DNA of 64,000 nt from Octopus sinensis (taxonomy: Eukaryota), in NCBI RefSeq assembly GCF_006345805.1, contig NC_043002.1:110298001-110362000 (forward strand), given 5' to 3'. Shown here in pieces: positions 61,951-64,000 of this stretch (position 1 is the first letter of the stretch; each line of letters opens with the position of its first letter). The notes beneath the pieces are model-generated. The model saw only the letters and a list, made by a program, of their open reading frames with translations, was not told where the DNA came from and did no database searches. The position numbers and the translations under genes were made by a program.

Positions 61951-63022
61951 AAAAGATGAGGAGTATTGGATTTGGAGGAGTCCTATGTTATTCTGTGTTA
62001 TACAAATGGCATGGTACAGTGAATAGGTAAAGAGGATCTTTGTGGGTTTTCATCATTGTTTACAATTATCTTTAAAAAAAATTTTTAATGTATCATATAA
62101 ATGTAATTTTTGCCCCTGAATCCAAATTTGTTATTCATTTATTGCAGAAAAAGTTTGCAAAAATGTTACAGGTGTTCAAAGTTTGATAATTTTCAGAATT
62201 TTCAGCCAATCAAAAAACAGCACATTCACTGCCTCTCCCATAATGGGGGTGGGGGTGGGGAACATCAGTATGTCAAAACATTAAACTAGCTATGGGAGCA
62301 AATTAAATATTTAAAAGCTACAAACAACCAACAGGAGTTGCTAGAAATAACAGTCAAAACATTGTTTGAAACAGTTAAAAAAATTCAAGAAAAAGTTTGC
62401 AATACATTCTGGGATTTTATAAAATAAATCTTTCTTGTATCTTGTCCACATAAATTCACAAATATAAGAGTCAACCATGCCCAGGTACTTTCAATTTGTT
62501 GACTATGAGTCCCATCTGTCATGAAAAAACACAATAATAGAACAAGTAGTGGTTACACTCCTTGTACGCATGTGCAGCATCTTTAGTTACTATGGAAACA
62601 GAGTTATTCACAGTGAATTATGGAACACGTGGTGCTTCTTTGCTTTGGTTACTATAGAAACAGACTTCTTCATCATGGTGACGTCTAAAATACTTGCTTC
62701 TGATTGACTGAAATTCTCAGATTTTGTAAATTTTAGAGGCTAATAACCTTTTAATTATGGATTTATATGAAAAATGAATTTCATTTTCATAATTAGTCTA
62801 CCAAACTTAATCTATATACCAAATTTGAAAACATTTGGAACAAAATTGTAAAACGTTATGAAAACCACAAAGATCTGATAAAGGTGAAGGGATAGAGAGT
62901 GAGAAGAGGGTGAAAAGGGAAAGGGTGAAGGATTAAAAAATGCAAAAGTGTTAAGGAATTGAAGAGCAGCTTGAGTTAAAAAGTGAGTGTCCCCTTTTCT
63001 CTATGACAAAAGGATGTCATAT

Positions 63023-63254
63023 CTATTTCTTTATTGCCCACAAGGGGCTAAACATAGAGGGGACAAACAAGGACAGACAAAGGGATTAAGTCGATTACAT
63101 CGACCCCAGTGCAAAACTGGTACTTTATTTATCGACCCCGAAAGGATGAAAGGCAAAGTCGACCTCGGCGGAATTTGAACTCAGAACGTAGCGGCAGATG
63201 AAATACCGCTAAGCATTTCGCCCGACGTGCTAACGATTCTGCCAGTTCGCCGCC
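63023..63254 (-). mobile_element. SINE family D
   Basis: TSD TGACAAAAGGATG(T/A)CATAT at 63004-63022 and 63255-63273. Confidence 0.9.
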
Positions 63255-63564
63255 TGACAAAAGGATGACATATAGGCAAGGTGTAGAAAGTGGGCGGGGA
63301 AAGAGTGATAGATAATTGAGAAGGTGTTGAAGCAGCAGGGGTGAGTATCAGATGATGCTTTTGTTAAGTTTCATGTTAGAAGTGAGTTATGCATCCAGCC
63401 TCTGTCATCACCACTAAACTACTTAGTAACTAATTAGTAACTTATCATCTGGTATACTGGCTAGCTAGTAAGAAATAATTAAGTAACAAATAGTTTCCTA
63501 TAGTAACTAATTACTTAGTAATAGTGCACTATACTAAATAGTTAGTAACTAATAGTCTGACATA

Positions 63565-64000
63565 CTAATTAGTAACTAATAACCTGGTTTTCTAATTAGC
63601 TAATAACTAATTGGTAACTGGTAGATTTACTAATTAGAAACTAATATTCCAGTAATGTAACTAATTAGTAACTAATAACCTGGTTTTCTAATTAGCTAAT
63701 AACTGATTGGTAACTGGTAGATTTACTAATTAGAAACTAATAGTCCAGTAATGTAACTAATTAGTAACTAATAACCTGGTTTTCTAATTAGCTAATAACT
63801 AATTGGTAACTGGTAGATTTACTAATTAGAAACTAATAGTCCAGTAATGTAACTAATTAGTAACTGGTAGATTTACTAATTAGAAACTAATAGTCCAGTA
63901 ATGTAACTAATTAGTAACTAATAACCTGGTTTTCTAATTAGCTAATAACTAATTGGTAACTGGTAGATTTACTAATTAGAAACTAATAGTCCAGTAATGT
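63565..64000. repeat. 96-bp minisatellite running off the window end
   Basis: AACCTGGTTT recurs at 63581, 63677, 63773 and 63923; one partial 54-bp unit accounts for the last gap. Confidence 0.9.

Overview
AT-rich, repeat-saturated eukaryotic DNA. The SINE/LINE repertoire matches what I recognise from cephalopod (Octopus-like) genomes; this is inference, not a database result. No complete host gene is visible, only one credible coding exon (minus strand, EMI-like CCPGF motif, 3558-3619). The window is mostly nested mobile DNA: three tRNA-derived SINE families; a near-intact 5'-truncated RTE LINE whose 3'UTR explains many dispersed repeats; a second RTE-type RT; R4/Dong-like and CR1-like LINE fragments; a Penelope-like element; a Gypsy relic; and mariner, Tc1-like, pogo/Tigger, MULE, Merlin, piggyBac-MITE and Helentron-like relics. 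It also holds a 5.6-kb 32-bp satellite and a 96-bp minisatellite. The most notable observations are (i) unrelated short non-coding elements carrying minimal type I hammerhead ribozyme motifs and sitting in (TA)n tracts (30440-31915, also 12756-12985), one with an intact core and 86-bp direct repeats, and (ii) repeated templated or inverted insertions, including an antisense piece of the RTE ORF captured in its own 3'UTR repeat array. Boundaries of decayed relics are approximate.
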